60,000 bases of DNA from Vicugna vicugna (GCA_013265495.1 MU058252.1:436001-496000); one strand, 5' to 3'; shown: positions 11,901-37,975, counted from the first letter of the stretch. Notes: generated by a model not told the origin, from the sequence alone. Program-made: numbers and translations.

Positions 11901-14790
11901 GATCTGCTCCAAGATGTCCCTCACGGAAGATCATGTACACCTGGAAGGATGCATGACCCAAAATTCAAGGCTAAGGGAACCGAGCCTCTTTGAGCTCCAG
12001 TTTCCTTATCTGTAGAATGAGGGTAATTGTTCATATCTAGACTGAAGATGTTGTGAGCAGATGAGACAGTGCCTGAGAAGCTGTTAGCATAAACACTTAT
12101 AGCGGCTGTACTGTGTGGGGGCGAGGGTGGGATAGATGGTGATGGATCATGGGGGCTCATTATATTAGCCTGTCCATCTTTCTATATATTTGAAATTCTC
12201 CATAATAATTAAAAAAAATACATTTGTTTAGTCAAAAAAGGAAGGATCACCAAATGTGACTGCAAGGAGGCTGGGCTGGAGCACGGCCAGAACTAAATAT
12301 GTGGGACGTATAGAAGGGCACTGTCCAACACAGCGGCCACCAGCTGCGTGAGGCTGTTAAGTACTTGCAGGGTGGCTGGTCCTAAGTGAGATGTGCTGTA
12401 AGTGCAAAATATACACCATTTTGAAGACTTGATACAAAAAAAGAATGTAAAATATCTCATTCTTTTTAAATACAGATTACATGTTGCAATGATAACATTT
12501 TGAATACATTGTGTTAAATAAAATATATTATGAAGTTAATTTCACTTGTTTCACATTTATATACCCATGTTCATAGCAGCACTATTCACAACAGCCAAAA
12601 CATGGAAGCAACCTAAATGTCCATCAGTTGATGAATGGATAAACAGAATGTGGTATCTACATACAATCGAGTATTAGTCAGCCTTCAAAAGGGAAGGAAA
12701 TTCTGTTACATGCTACAGCATGGATGAACCTGAGGACATGATGTTCAGTGAAATGAGCCAGTCACAAAAGAACAAATACTGTACGATTCCACTCATAAGA
12801 GATGCTTCAAGCAAACTGAGTCTAAAGGTATAATGGTGGTTGGCAGGGGTAGGGGAGGGGGAATGGGGGGTTCTTTTTCAAAGGGTCCAGAATCTCAGTT
12901 TTGCAAGATTAAAAAAGTGAGAGTTGGATGGTAGTGATAGTTGCACAATGATGTGAATACACATTGTGCTACTGAACCGTACATTTAGTACTGGTTAAGA
13001 TGGTAAATTTTATGTTATGTGTAACTTACCACTATGGAAAAATTAATTTCACCTGTTGCTTTTTCATGTCTCAATAGGGCTATGAGAAAATTTAAAATTA
13101 CACACGTGGCTCATGTTATATTTCTACTGGACCACACTGGTGTAGAACACATTTTTCCTTCATAATGTAAGTCAGTGGAATTCCCTGAAGGCTGATGAGG
13201 TTAACAGGAGAGAGAAGGTCCAGGAAAGGGGGACCCAAGAATCTAAATTTTGTCACCATTCAGGGGCAAGATGTGAAATTTGGTGGGTGTGCAGTCAGTA
13301 GAGAGAAGGCCTCTGTCGTACGTACAGTTCATAGGTTTGCCAAGGCTCCCTGTGCTGGGATTCCATGCTCATCAAAAAATTGTGAGGACTCATTCTCCAA
13401 GGCCCCCTATGCATAGGCATAATTATTTGGGTCACTGTAAAGGAATATTCCCTACAGTAAATGATGTATTGTCACATTTGGGTATAGCCATCAGTTTCTT
13501 GTGAGTTTGGTTAGTTGGGGTCAGTCCCTGAGCTCATTTACCTAAGGGTGCCTGCCAACATGGAAATGCCAGATCAACCATGTTGAGAACTAGATCCTAC
13601 CTTCAAGGACCACCACAGGCCCTAACTGGGGACCCACAACCCCCTACAGTCTATCTGGATCACTAGCCAGTCAGTTCCCTGAGGGCAAGATCGTGCCTTA
13701 GTTACTGTTGTGCTTAGCACAGTGCCTGGGACATAAGATAAACTCAGAAGAATTAAAACTTTACAGTGCACCACCTCCCCCATAACGGACGCACAACTTC
13801 TCCAGTGTGGGCCATGCAGCGGGGCCCTGCCACAGCCCTCCTCCACCCCTGGGAAAGCAGAAACTGTTCTAGGTACAGACCATTCCAAAGCTCACTGGGC
13901 CAGTGGTGGGATGGTTTGGGGAAATCCTGACTCTCCCCTGAGCCTCAACTCCTCCATCCCAGCTCTCCAGGCCTGCCAGGGCCTCCTCCCTCTTCCCCCC
14001 GAGGCTATCTCTTTGCCTCCCCTACAAGTGCAGTGGGGGTTGGGGTGAGAGCTCACTCACTCAAGGCTGCCAGCCTCCCCACAGAGGTGTAAGGGGCGTT
14101 TCCCATCCTGGTCAGGGATGTTGGGGTCGGCTCCAGCCACCAGCAGCGCGTGGATGCAGGCAGCGTGGCCGGCAGCACAGGCCTCATGCAGGGCAGTGCG
14201 GCCCCCGGGGGCATTGTCGGGCCTTGCCCGCCGCCTCAGCAGCAGCCGCAGGACTTCTGTGTGGCCCCGGCTGGCTGCCACGTGCAGCGGGGTGGTCAGC
14301 TCCTCCTTGTACGTCAGAGACCAGAGTCCTGGGGAGAGATGGGATGGGGCCTCAGACCCTGAGGGAGGCAAGAGCTACCAGGTAGCGAGGGTGTGGGCAA
14401 AGGCCAGGAAGAGGAGCCCAGAGCTCCTCCCCAGGCTTCCCTCTCCCACTCAGCCCCCGCCCTGTGCCCCTGGCCCATACTCAGAGCGCGGATGTTGAAG
14501 CGGAAATCCCTCCATCGCTCTGGGTCGCTGGTATCAAAGATGGAATCCGGAGCCAGGCCAGTGCTGGAGTCAGTGAGGATGCGGGAGACAGAGCCCACGT
14601 CCCCGTCCAGCACTGCCTGCCAGAAGGCCAGCGCGGGTCCCGAGGCGGTGCAGGTGACGATGGGTCCCCGGCCAGACTCCTGGCACTCTGCAGACCCTCT
14701 GCTAGGCTTTTCCACCAGCCTGGCACAGAGGGCATGTCTGTCACCGGAGGGCGAGCCCTGCCCCCTGCATTCATCTGCGGACCAGCTCAT
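5978..14790 (-). CDS. ASB10: Ankyrin repeat and SOCS box protein 10, isoform starting MSWS (465 aa)
   Basis: Exons 14790-14481, 14328-14061, 11341-10822, 6752-6639, 6163-5978. All introns GT-AG with matching phases; total 1398 nt. Ankyrin repeats (TPLHVAA, TALHEAC, RPLHLAC) and C-terminal SOCS box PRSLQHLSRCALR..LPLPPRLLRYL. Confidence 0.96.
6381..6527 (-). mobile_element. tRNA-derived SINE (camelid Vic-like)
   Basis: Minus strand GGGTATAGCTCAGTGGTAGAGCGCATG...GGTTCAATCCCCAG (A and B boxes) followed by an A-rich tail. Confidence 0.85.
6848..7390 (+). mobile_element. MaLR LTR (MLT1-like), interrupted by a SINE
   Basis: TGTCATGGGTTGAATTGTGTCC..., GGGTCTTTGTAGATGTAATCAAGTTAA, CCAGCCTCCAGAACTGT, TTTAAGCCACCCAG are typical MLT1 segments. 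Confidence 0.8.
7000..7098 (-). mobile_element. tRNA-derived SINE nested in MLT1
   Basis: Minus strand ATAGCTCAGTGG...GTCCTGGGTTCAATCC plus poly-A. Confidence 0.8.
7420..7595. mobile_element. MIR fragment (others at about 1800-1945, 8930-9120, 11960-12080, 21200-21350, 21840-22020, 47560-47720, 54330-54495)
   Basis: MIR core CCCATTTTACAGA..GGAAGCTGAGGC..AAGTGAAGTAACTTGCCC. Confidence 0.65.
12319..13140 (-). mobile_element. MER33-like hAT element split by an L1 3' fragment
   Basis: MER33-like segments at 12319-12550 and 13040-13140; similar to the unsplit copy at 54910-55233. Confidence 0.7.
12551..13040 (+). mobile_element. LINE-1 3' fragment
   Basis: ATGTTCATAGCAGCACTATTCACAACAGCCAAAACATGGAAGCAACCTAAATGTCCATCA is the typical L1 ORF2 end and 3' UTR. 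Confidence 0.85.
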
Positions 14791-15106
14791 GAGGGCAGAG
14801 TGTGAGCATGTAGGAAGGGGGTCAGGGGAGGAGAGGCAGGGGTCACAGGCAGGGAGAGAGAGAGGAGGAGGGCGACAGGGACAGATCAGGGAGAGTGTCT
14901 CTGTGTCCTCAAGCTGAGCCTGACCTGGCCACTTGGTTCAGCAGGAGCTATTCTGGGCTCCACATGACTTCTCTCCTGGGCCAAGCCTCGGGGTGGGAGA
15001 GAAAGAGCCGGGGGCTTCTGCTTTTCCTCAAGCACTTGGTACCTCTGGGCCTGGTGTGGTCAGCCCAGGCCCCTGGCCCTCAGCGCCTCCCCCGGCCGCC
15101 CCTCAC

Positions 15107-15377
15107 CCCTCTCGTGGCTGGTCCAGCGAGGCTCGGCCGCCCGGCTCTCCAGCAGCAGGTCGGCTGTGCTGTGCGGGGGGAAGAGCTCCTGCAGCCGCGC
15201 CAGGTCTCCAGTGTACAGGGCGTTCTGCAGCGCCATGTCTCGGCACAGCAGTGGCGATGGCAGAGGGGGCTCCCAGGCTGGGCAGGGCTGGGACCCCCAG
15301 ACCCGGCAGGCAGGGTCCGAGCGGAGGTACGCCAGACGGTGTCCCCAGCAGGGAGGGGAGCTCCTTCCCCCAGGCAT
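15107..15377 (-). CDS. ASB10: ASB10 alternative first coding exon (MPGGRSS...WTSHERG), giving a 452 aa isoform
   Basis: ATG at 15377; donor G|GTGAGG at 15106 is phase 1, compatible with exon 2. DMALQNALYTGDLARLQELFPPHSTADLLLESRAAEPRW matches the recalled human alternative N-terminus. Confidence 0.9.
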
Positions 15378-17287
15378 GGCCAGTTACAGGGAGAAAGAGC
15401 CAAAGAAGCAGGGCTTAGGGTGCTGCTGCTGGCAGACTGGGCAGGCAGGTGCTGGGCCCAAGCCAGTCAGAGGCCGGGCGTGGGAGGGGCAGGGAGCACA
15501 CACAGGCCATGCCACAAATAGCCCCGATGGTCCCAGCTGTCAGTCCCAGGGAAGGAGGCGGCAGGCTGGGCGTGGGAATTAGGAAGGAGCCTGGAGAACA
15601 GAGTGAGGGTGGAGTCCTCCAGCCCTGAGCAAGCCCGGGGTTGTCCCCATCAGACTGAAGGGACCACCGAGATGGTGGTGTTCAGTCCGCACCAGTAAAG
15701 CCCAGAGGTGGGAAGAGCTCTGTCCAAGGTGTGACACCTTGTTGCAGGGCCCGGACTAGAATGGGGTGGGGGTACGGGGACTCTCAAGCTGCCATTTTCA
15801 CACTCTTTCTCATCCATCACGTGCTTCACCAAGGCAGCCTCCAGGGGCCTGAGCTCTGATCCCAGAGGGAGCATGTTGGGTAACCAGATAATTTTTCCTG
15901 CCCTCCCAGATGTCACCAATCAGCCCTGCACCTTCCCACTCCCAAGCTCGAGAGAGGGCTCCACGGGAGTGACCAATGGCAGAAAGCACTCCACTCCATG
16001 AGGGACCCCCTCCAGGGTTCTGTGCAGGGGAGACCAGGCTCAGCCACTGCTATCAGCCAACAGGCAGCCGCCTCAGCGCTCACCCCCCACCTCCCTGAGA
16101 CCCGGGGCCTCTTGTGGGAAGGAGGAAGTGGCTGCCCACTTGGACACCTTAGGATAACAAGACTTCTTCCACTTGGGGAGATGAAAAGGGAAAAAGGGAA
16201 AAAGGAAACTCAAAACTCAGCCCCTGGGGACCACTGCCCCACACCAGGCCCTCTCACTCCAGCCCAGTGGTCTCGCCTTACCTGGCTCTCATGACACAGG
16301 GAACACGCTTTGACCTTTATTCCCACACTCCTTACACGGCTCCTTCGGAGGGAACCCTGGGGCTCCCCTCACGGTGGCAGGGTTATACCCTGCTCCCTGA
16401 GTTCCTCGACTCCAGCCCCCACAGCAAGGGGAGCCTGCAGTTGGACTTCGGCCCAGGGCAGAAGGCTATGTCCCCTTCAGCCCCTTGAAGGACATGCTCT
16501 GGGTCAGAGGAAGGCGGGCAGAGCTTGGGCAGATGGGGGTGGGCGGGGTGGTTCCCGGAGAAAAGTGGTGGAGATGTCTCAGAGAGTGCCCTGGGCCCAC
16601 ACACAGCCCTTTGCTCTGGCCACCAGTACCTCCCTTTCCCTACAGCCTTCTTCTCTAGAACCTTCTCTCCCCACCCCACTCCGCTGCTGCCCAGAGCCCT
16701 CACCTCCCTGACTTTCCAGACGCTCCTGTAGAAATAACCAAACCCTAGAATTGAAGGGACCATGGGTACAGGCTGATCCAACCTCTCCTCATTTCACAGG
16801 GAAAGAAACTGAGGCCCAGAGACAGGAAAGGATTGTGGGAAACCACACAAGAGTTTCGGGCCAAGTGGGGCTAGAACCGGGGTCCGCTGGCCTTCAGACT
16901 GTTTTTTTTTTTTTTTTTACACTTAATACCCTCTCTCTGCTTTCCCTTTCTCCTTCTTTCCTTATTTTTCTCCCTTAAATACATGGAGGAGGAAGAGAGC
17001 TGGGGAGGCAGGACAGAAAAATGACAGGAGATGCAGACACGGGTGGGGTCAGAGGACAGGGCTCTGGGACCAGAGCGGAGCCGGCTGTAAGCAGCGAGGG
17101 TGTGGGCCTGGAGACGGTGGGGCAAGGTGGAGGCTGGGCACCTGGGAGGGGAAGCACAGAGATGGACAAAAAGAGCAGGTCCCCGAGTGTCTGGTCATTT
17201 ATACCTCCGCCCCCTCCACATCCGGTCCCTTAGCCCGTGGGGCTCCGCCCAGTCCCACCGCTAATCTCAGACACCCCGGCCTCAGCA

Positions 17288-31128
<13,841 letters not shown>

Positions 31129-32040
31129 GGCGCCCACTCTGCACACGGTCCTTTGTGAGCTGGTCCTGGAATCCACAGAAGCTCTGTGGTTCCACCCGGA
31201 CTCCACCCGGTTTCGAGTCCCATTGTCCCAGTGTTCTAAGGCTGTGAGGAGAGGGGCTGCAGGTACAGGAGCCGGGACGCTCATCTCAGAGGACGTCCTG
31301 GAGGCAGCATGTTAGAGGGGTGGGCTTCCGAGTAGCAAAGCCTTGGCCAGGGTGGAGGGTGGGATCAGCCATGGCTACTTTTCTTGTGAGGATCAAAGGA
31401 AAGAATGGTCTTTATCTGAAGTCACCCTGTAAACCGTGAGGCTCTGGGCAAATGTCAGTCCTAAAGGCATTACTCCAACTGTACCTCTCAGCTGGAGAAC
31501 CCTATATTGCTTAATGCAGACCCAGCCTTCTCACTCTTGTATGTGACTGTACCAGAGGCAGGTGTACCAAGGGGCAAAGGGACTGGGACTGGCAGGCCTG
31601 GGTTCACGCTCTGAAGTCACACTCCCCTCTTAAAGTGAGCACAAGCATGCCTGTTTCCCTGGGGTCTGAAGGCAGTTCGCCTGGTCTGAGTGCACTATAC
31701 CTGTGTAGGGAATGACATCGGAAAGAGTAGTGGGTGGGACTCAGTGGTGTTTGGGGCTCTGAACCCTCTGTGGGTTTCCCCATCACTGCTACAGGCTCAA
31801 GAGAACATTCTTCAGAAAACACGAAACACAGTAGCAGCAGCAGCAGGCTGGCTCTGGTCAGCTGGGATGAGCTTTTGGGCTCAGTGTCAAGTAGGGACTT
31901 ATGAATAAACATATAGAGATAGATATACATAAAAGGGGGCGGGGAGAAGAGAGGCAGCAGCCAAGAGGAGCCAGAGAGGAATTCTCGGGATTTAATGTGC
32001 CTGCATATTACCTTAGGGTCTTATCAAAATGCAGATTCCA

Positions 32041-32170
32041 GGGGGAGGGTATAGCTCAAGGGGTAGAGTGTTTGCTTAGCATGCATGGTTCAATCCTCAG
32101 TACTTCCTCTAAGAATAAGTAAGTAAACCTAATTACCTCCTCCCCCCAAAACCAAACCAAAACAAACAAA
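32041..32170 (+). mobile_element. tRNA-derived SINE inserted in a MER5-like element (about 32000-32282)
   Basis: GGGGGAGGGTATAGCTCAAGGGGTAGAG...GGTTCAATCC; flanking repeat AAAATGCAGATTCCA / AAAATTCAGATTCCA. Confidence 0.85.
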
Positions 32171-33235
32171 ATTCAGATTCCAATTCCACAATCTGAGCTG
32201 GGTTCCAAGATTCTGCATTTCTAACAAGCTCCCAGACGTTTCAGATGCTGCTGGCCTCTGATTCATACCTTGAGTAGCAAGGTATGAAACACGGAGGGAG
32301 TGGGGAAGATCCGAGGTCTGGGGCCAGGTCTCCAGGGCCTGCCCCTTTCTGGCTGCGGGACCAAAGTGTGGATAATTCTCATCTCATGGTGTCTCCCCAG
32401 TAAGTCTGACGTAGGAGGAAGCACAAGGGAAGTAGGTAGGTTTGCAGCCAGACTTCAGCCATGATTCCAGTGAGCTTTTTCAGTACATGAAGTTGAAGTT
32501 ACAAAGGAGCATTAAAGATTTTGGATGGGATCCTAAATCCCAACCCTTCACCCCACCGCCTTAGAGGCTGAATGAGAGAGGGAGAAAAGGCAAATGTGGT
32601 CACTGGTTAAGTGGTGAATCTAGGTGAAGGCCATAAGTGGTCGCTGTATTTCTTTGTAAATTTTTCTATGGTTTGAGATTTTTCAAAACAAAATTGGGGA
32701 AGAAAAATTAAGAGTCTCAAAAACCTGCTCACCTATTTGTTCTGAAATTAAAGGGAAGAAAACATCAGAGGAAAATAAAAACATATTGCAGATCCCAGTT
32801 GGTTGTTTAGCAGGTGGTCTGGGCCTTCCGTTTTTGTATCTTGAAGAATAGATCTGTGTAGCCCCTGTGCCCAGCAAGGGAAAAAAAAAGATAGTTTGCC
32901 AGAAACGGCATTGCAGAACCATGGCCTGAAAGAGCAACACACATGAGGAATTTCTGGCCCAGAGAGGGAAGGATGAAAACAGCCAACAGCAGAGCCAGGA
33001 TTCTAATCCAGGTCAAGTCTTCCTTCATCTCACTAAGAACTAGAACCTTGTACATTTATAAAGCACTATCACATGTTGCTCGTGGGGCGGATCCAGAAAG
33101 CAGTTTTTAAAAAGTGTGAATAAGTGTTGTTTCACCTCAGTAGCCGTAAAAAGTGCTGACACCCTCGTTTCACATCACACCTTGCCTTCATGCAGCCCTT
33201 TTCAAATCACCACAGTGCGCGGGAGCAGTTTGCCC

Positions 33236-33241
33236 TTTATT
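33236..33241 (-). terminator. H2BK1 polyadenylation signal AATAAA
   Basis: Starts 17 nt after the TGA; no histone stem-loop seen. Confidence 0.75.
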
Positions 33242-33257
33242 AATATTAGGCCCTGGG

Positions 33258-35587
33258 TCACTTGGAGCTGGTGTACTTGGTGACAGCCTTGGTGCCCTCA
33301 GACACAGCGTGCTTGGCCAGCTCCCCAGGCAGCAGCAGACGCACAGCTGTCTGCACTTCCCGCGATGTGAGTGTGGTTCGGCTCGAGTACTGGGCCAGTC
33401 GGGCGGCCTCGCCAGCCAGCTGCTCAAACACATCATTCACAAACGAGTTCATGATGCTCATGGCCTTGGAGGAGATGCCGAGGTCGGGATGCACCTGGAG
33501 AAGCAGCAGGACCACTGTATTAACCAGGAGGCTCTGCTTGGTACCATGAGCCCCAGGCCTGAGTTGGGCACTGCAAGGCCACCTCACCAGCCTCTTCCCA
33601 GAGGCCAAGAGACATGGAAATAGGGGTTTGTATTTTTACTACTGTACCCAAGTTTTTTTGTTTGTTTCTTCCAACTGCAAGTGGTAAGGAATGCTCTTTC
33701 TCTCTCTTTTTTACTTTCTTCGTTTAATGCATCTGCATAGTGTTCCATAGGTTATAGCACCGTTCCTCTGTTAATTTATGGGGTTTCTATTTAGGGGTTT
33801 GTTTTGCTTTTTGCTATTATACTGTGTTAAAATAAATATATGTCTTTGAACACTTGTAAGAGCACAATGAAGGTTATTCCTAGAGGGTTTGTGCACATAA
33901 CTTGGTAGATAATTACCAATTATTTTCCAGAGAGGACACAATCTCAGCACCAGGCTAGGAGGGTGGAGACCTGGGTTCTGTTGTTGTACCCCAAGTCACT
34001 GCCTGCCCTAAATAAGACAGCTCCTCTGGGCTTCAGTTTCCTCTTCTGTCACGCAAGCTTTCAAACTAGGTGACCTCTAGTAAAACAAATGGTAGCAATC
34101 TTGTAACAATCCTAAAATTTGAGTAGGCAGACATGGTTTTTCCATAAAGTGGGAGTTGAGTTCCAGAGGACACACATCACACCAGTGATGGAGATGGAAC
34201 TAAAACTCAGGCTTATCAGCCCGGCCACTCCCTCTCCCCACTGCCTCTGGTCGCCTCTGAACTGACAGCTGGAAGGCAGAGCCTGTACCAGGTGGGTTTA
34301 GCCTAAACCCCTGTGTTGTCATCACATCCTATTCTCTGCAGGGTGAGGGAGTGGCTCCCTCCCCGACTGCAAGCTTCGAAGGGTGAAGGGTGCGGGGCCT
34401 TGCCCCGCAGCTCTCCTCTGCGAGCTTAGTCCTGATCCAACCCCTCCCTCACTATTTTTGAGCCAAAAAGTTAGGCTAAGCGGCAGGGTCACTAACACCC
34501 ACTCTCACTCCACTTCCTTCAGAACCCTGGAGCCTGCTCTCTGCTGCTGCCCTTTGGCCAGTCCACGTCAGCGCCAGGCCCACCCAGAGACCCAGGCTAT
34601 CAGGACATTCAGACTGCTAATGGGATTCAGACCCGAGACAGGCTCACGTCTGGGATCTAATTGAACAAGGGGTGAGACTCTCAGGCAGGCTGGGGAGACC
34701 CAGGGCAGGCAGCCCTGCTCCTGGGCGTCCTCCCAGCCCTGGCTCTGCTGAGCAGGGCAGAGACTGAGGCCAGGTCGCCTGGAATCCTCTAGATACGTTG
34801 GTTGTTGGGTACCCAATGGTGTCCCAAAATGCCTGTCAGTGCTTGAGTCCCAGGAATAGGTACCTCTCACGGGTGTGCTGGGAGGCTGCAGAAACAGAGT
34901 GCATGAGGGCTAAGGGGCGGGACAGGCAGGAAGCGTGTGAGGGGCTGACCTCTGCTTCTGTCAGGCCATGTGGCTCAGTCACCTCACTGAGTATTTATGC
35001 ACCTCAGGTTCCAACCCCTCAGCCCCTCAAAGACTGAGTGCCCTCCATGTGGAAGGCCTTCCCCAAGACTGTAGTTCATGTGAATTGCTCCTCGCTCTGG
35101 CCACCACTAACTAGCACTTCTGGTTTTTACCGGTGCGTTCGGCACCTGATCACCCTGAGCCCAGCACTGTCCTGTGGTCTTCCTTTAATTATGTCCCACT
35201 TAACATTCCACGTAATCATCTTGTCTGTCCCAAAGCCCTATATAAGCTCCTGGACTGTGGGTAAAGCATGCTTTAATTGTCTCCTGCACATCACAGGTGT
35301 AGGACAGACACTGGGCGGTGGCACCTCTGAGATTAAGTGTTACCCCACGGTGTGCCTAAGGCCACTCGCCTCAGTGCCAGGAGTAAATCGGGTCCCCTTT
35401 CAAGGCTCTCTGGCCAGCACACGCCACACACACGCTGGCTCCCCACTCTCACCTGCTTCAGCACCTTGTAGATGTACATTGAGTAGGTTTCTTTGCGCCG
35501 GCTGCGCTTTCTGGGCTTCTTGTCCCCGGAACTGCGGCCCCTCCGGCTCCCAGGCTGCTGCTGCTGCTGCGCATGCTCAGCGCTCAT
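33258..35587 (-). CDS. H2BK1: Histone H2B variant H2B.K (H2BE1), two exons, 123 aa
   Basis: Exon 1 35587-35453 ([11 protein letters not shown]...[14 protein letters not shown]) and exon 2 33494-33258 ([12 protein letters not shown]...KYTSSK*). H2B histone fold; AATAAA at 33241-33236; position next to ABCF2. Confidence 0.94.
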
Positions 35588-37519
35588 CCTCCTGCTCTTC
35601 CTCAGGGCCTCCTCCCGCTCCCTCGGGCCAACTTTTATGAAGTCAGCTGCCCACCTGGGAGGGCGGGGGGGCCGGCACCTGGGGGCAGGGGAGGAGCTTG
35701 GCCTGACAGTATCCAGAACGCACTCTGGATTAATCTTATAAGAGGCTAATTGCTCCCTCCTCTCCCCCAGTGATTTCCTGTCTCTGAACAAGAAACCCCC
35801 CAGCAGCACCCTTCCCCACCCTATCACCTCCCAACACCTGCTGAAGTCCACGCGCCCACTCAGCACGCATGTGCTTGGCACGGCTGGGTGCTGGCCGTCG
35901 GGAGGAACACAAAGCACACTCCCCCAGAGGGCCCTGCAAATTAGCTGACGAGACAAGACTGGTTCACATGAAACAATTAGGGAAGAGTAAAAGGGGACAG
36001 TTCACACGGAACTTAGGGCTACAGGGGCCAGAGGAGGCTTTAGAGAATAAATGGGGATTTGAATCTGCTCTTGTGGGATGGGCACAGTTTAACTGGGGAG
36101 AAGGGAGGAGGTTTTAGTTGGGAGGAACGGGAGAAAGAGAAATGGCGTGAACTGCAGGTATAGCAAGGCTTGGACCGAAGGCAGAGACGGAGCAGCCGTG
36201 AGCCTGAGCCTAGCTGGCAGCGGCAGGAAGTGCAGCGGGGTGGCCTGACGGGGAGGCAGGTAGCGAAGCCGGAGCAAGAAATGCTGCAGATGAGTGGGGT
36301 CCCTGTGGAAGTTTGCTGCGAAGGGAAGGAAAGAAAAAGGCTGTTACATGGGGAAAGTTAGCCGTCTCTCGGCGCACCTATGTGTGAGCGAGTATTTCAG
36401 GTTCTTGAACGCTCTGATTATAGAAACCGGAGCGCACGCAAGGTACAGGCTGGCGGGAAGGTGGGGAAGACAAGCATCACCTGTCAGCAGGTAAGGGCAG
36501 GCCTGAGTAACCCCCGCCTCGCTGGGCTCTGCTTTTCCCCGGTTTCCGATATCCAGGCTCGTCCTACTTGCTCAAGTTCAAGATCATCAGGGTGGGCAAT
36601 CCTTAGTGCAAAATAAGGCACTGCTAATCTTAGGCTTTTGTAGAAGTATGTATTTTGTGGGTTTTTAAAGCATTCTTAAAAGTGTTGAGACTGGCTTTTT
36701 TTCTGGACAAGCCGACCAGCCCACTACGTCCACTCCTGTTCTGAAGCCTCCCCATCCATCACGCACACGACACCCGAGATTAGTCCTCAGCATGCCTAGG
36801 CCTCCCTTGGCTGAAGCAGTAGCTCTGTGTTCCCATTACCTTCCTGACCAAGTCTGGATACTAGGACTTTCTGAAGTCATTTTTCTCTAGGCTCCACTTA
36901 AGGTAGGAAACAGTAAAGCCAGGCCTATCAGGGTCAGAGGGCAGAGGAGTCCTAGTCCCTCTTTCCAGCGTGGAATCTCGGGCTCAGCTGCAGCTTGTCA
37001 TCTGATACTGTTTCCTCTGCCCAGGGCAGCCCTCAGACTCCATGGCCTCCTAAGAAGATCCTTTCAAGTTAAGAGTACCAATCCCACCTTTCTGGGCAGC
37101 ACTCATGAGAAACTCCCCTCCCCTTTTAAGTCCTTTGTGTACCCTACTATCTAAGTCACAATTTAGCATCTGATTTATGCCCTTTCTGTCTTACTGGCTT
37201 TCCCATTAGATCACGAGCTCCTTGGGGGTTTAGACACCATCTGGGACTTCTGTTGTTTTACAGTTGTAGGTGTACTATAATGAGCCTGAAAAATCATGGC
37301 TGTGTATGTTTCCCCATGGGATGGTCCTGAGCTTCCAGAGGCACAGCGAGGAAGCCGTATCAGTAAAGCTGGAACCGTGGTGGCACAAAGGCTGAAAGTG
37401 CTATTGCAGTTCAGACGGGCTGTACAGAACCCCGGCTCAGAAGTGAAACAGATGGCGCTAATGAAAATTAAGGCCGTGGACAGGTGAAGTAACACAACTT
37501 CCTGTATCCCACTAGGAGC

Positions 37520-37975
37520 AGATTCACAAACTTCAGTGTGGAAATTCAGACTCCTGACCATGCTTGCATCTCTCCCATCCATCCCACCAAATGGAATCAA
37601 CAGGCCCGAAGTCCAGGAATCTGCATTTTTAACAAGCATCCCAAGTGCTGAGTTTCAGGCAGCAGCAGGAAAGCCTCAGACCATTCTGTAAAACATGCTC
37701 TGTGTACAGGAATCATACAATAAAGGTGTTATACATAAAGAAATAAACCAAGTGAAAACAAAAACAAAAACAAAAACATGCTCCAGGAGAGCAGTTCTCA
37801 CAGTGTGGCCCCCAGAGAAGCATCAGCATCACCTGAGAACTTCTGAGCGCTGTTAATTCTCACCCCACACCTACTGAACCAGAAAGTCTGAGGCAAGACC
37901 CACACCCAGCCGTCTGTGATCTAGCGAGTCTTCCAGGTGATTCTGATACACATCAATGTTTGTGAACCACTGGCC
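37520..37975. mobile_element. Two MER5-like fragments
   Basis: CAGGAATCTGCATTTTTAACAAGCATCCC and GCAGTTCTCACAGTGTGG..CAGCATCACCTGAGAACTT..CCAGGTGATTCTGAT. Confidence 0.6.

Noticed and set aside
31365..31378. RFX X-box upstream of IQCA1L (AGCCATGGCT palindrome)
   Set aside because: Only a half match to the consensus; too weak to call.
33180..33257. Histone 3' stem-loop
   Set aside because: No GGYYYTTTTCAGRGCC-type hairpin on the coding strand; an AATAAA is present instead.
33495..33608. Single-exon H2B ORF 33258-33608
   Set aside because: The upstream part is intron ending in ctccag; H2B similarity starts at 33494.
35333..35956. 207-aa ORF as an N-terminally extended histone
   Set aside because: It starts at TTG, not ATG, and runs past the exon 1 donor into the intron; the real start is 35587.
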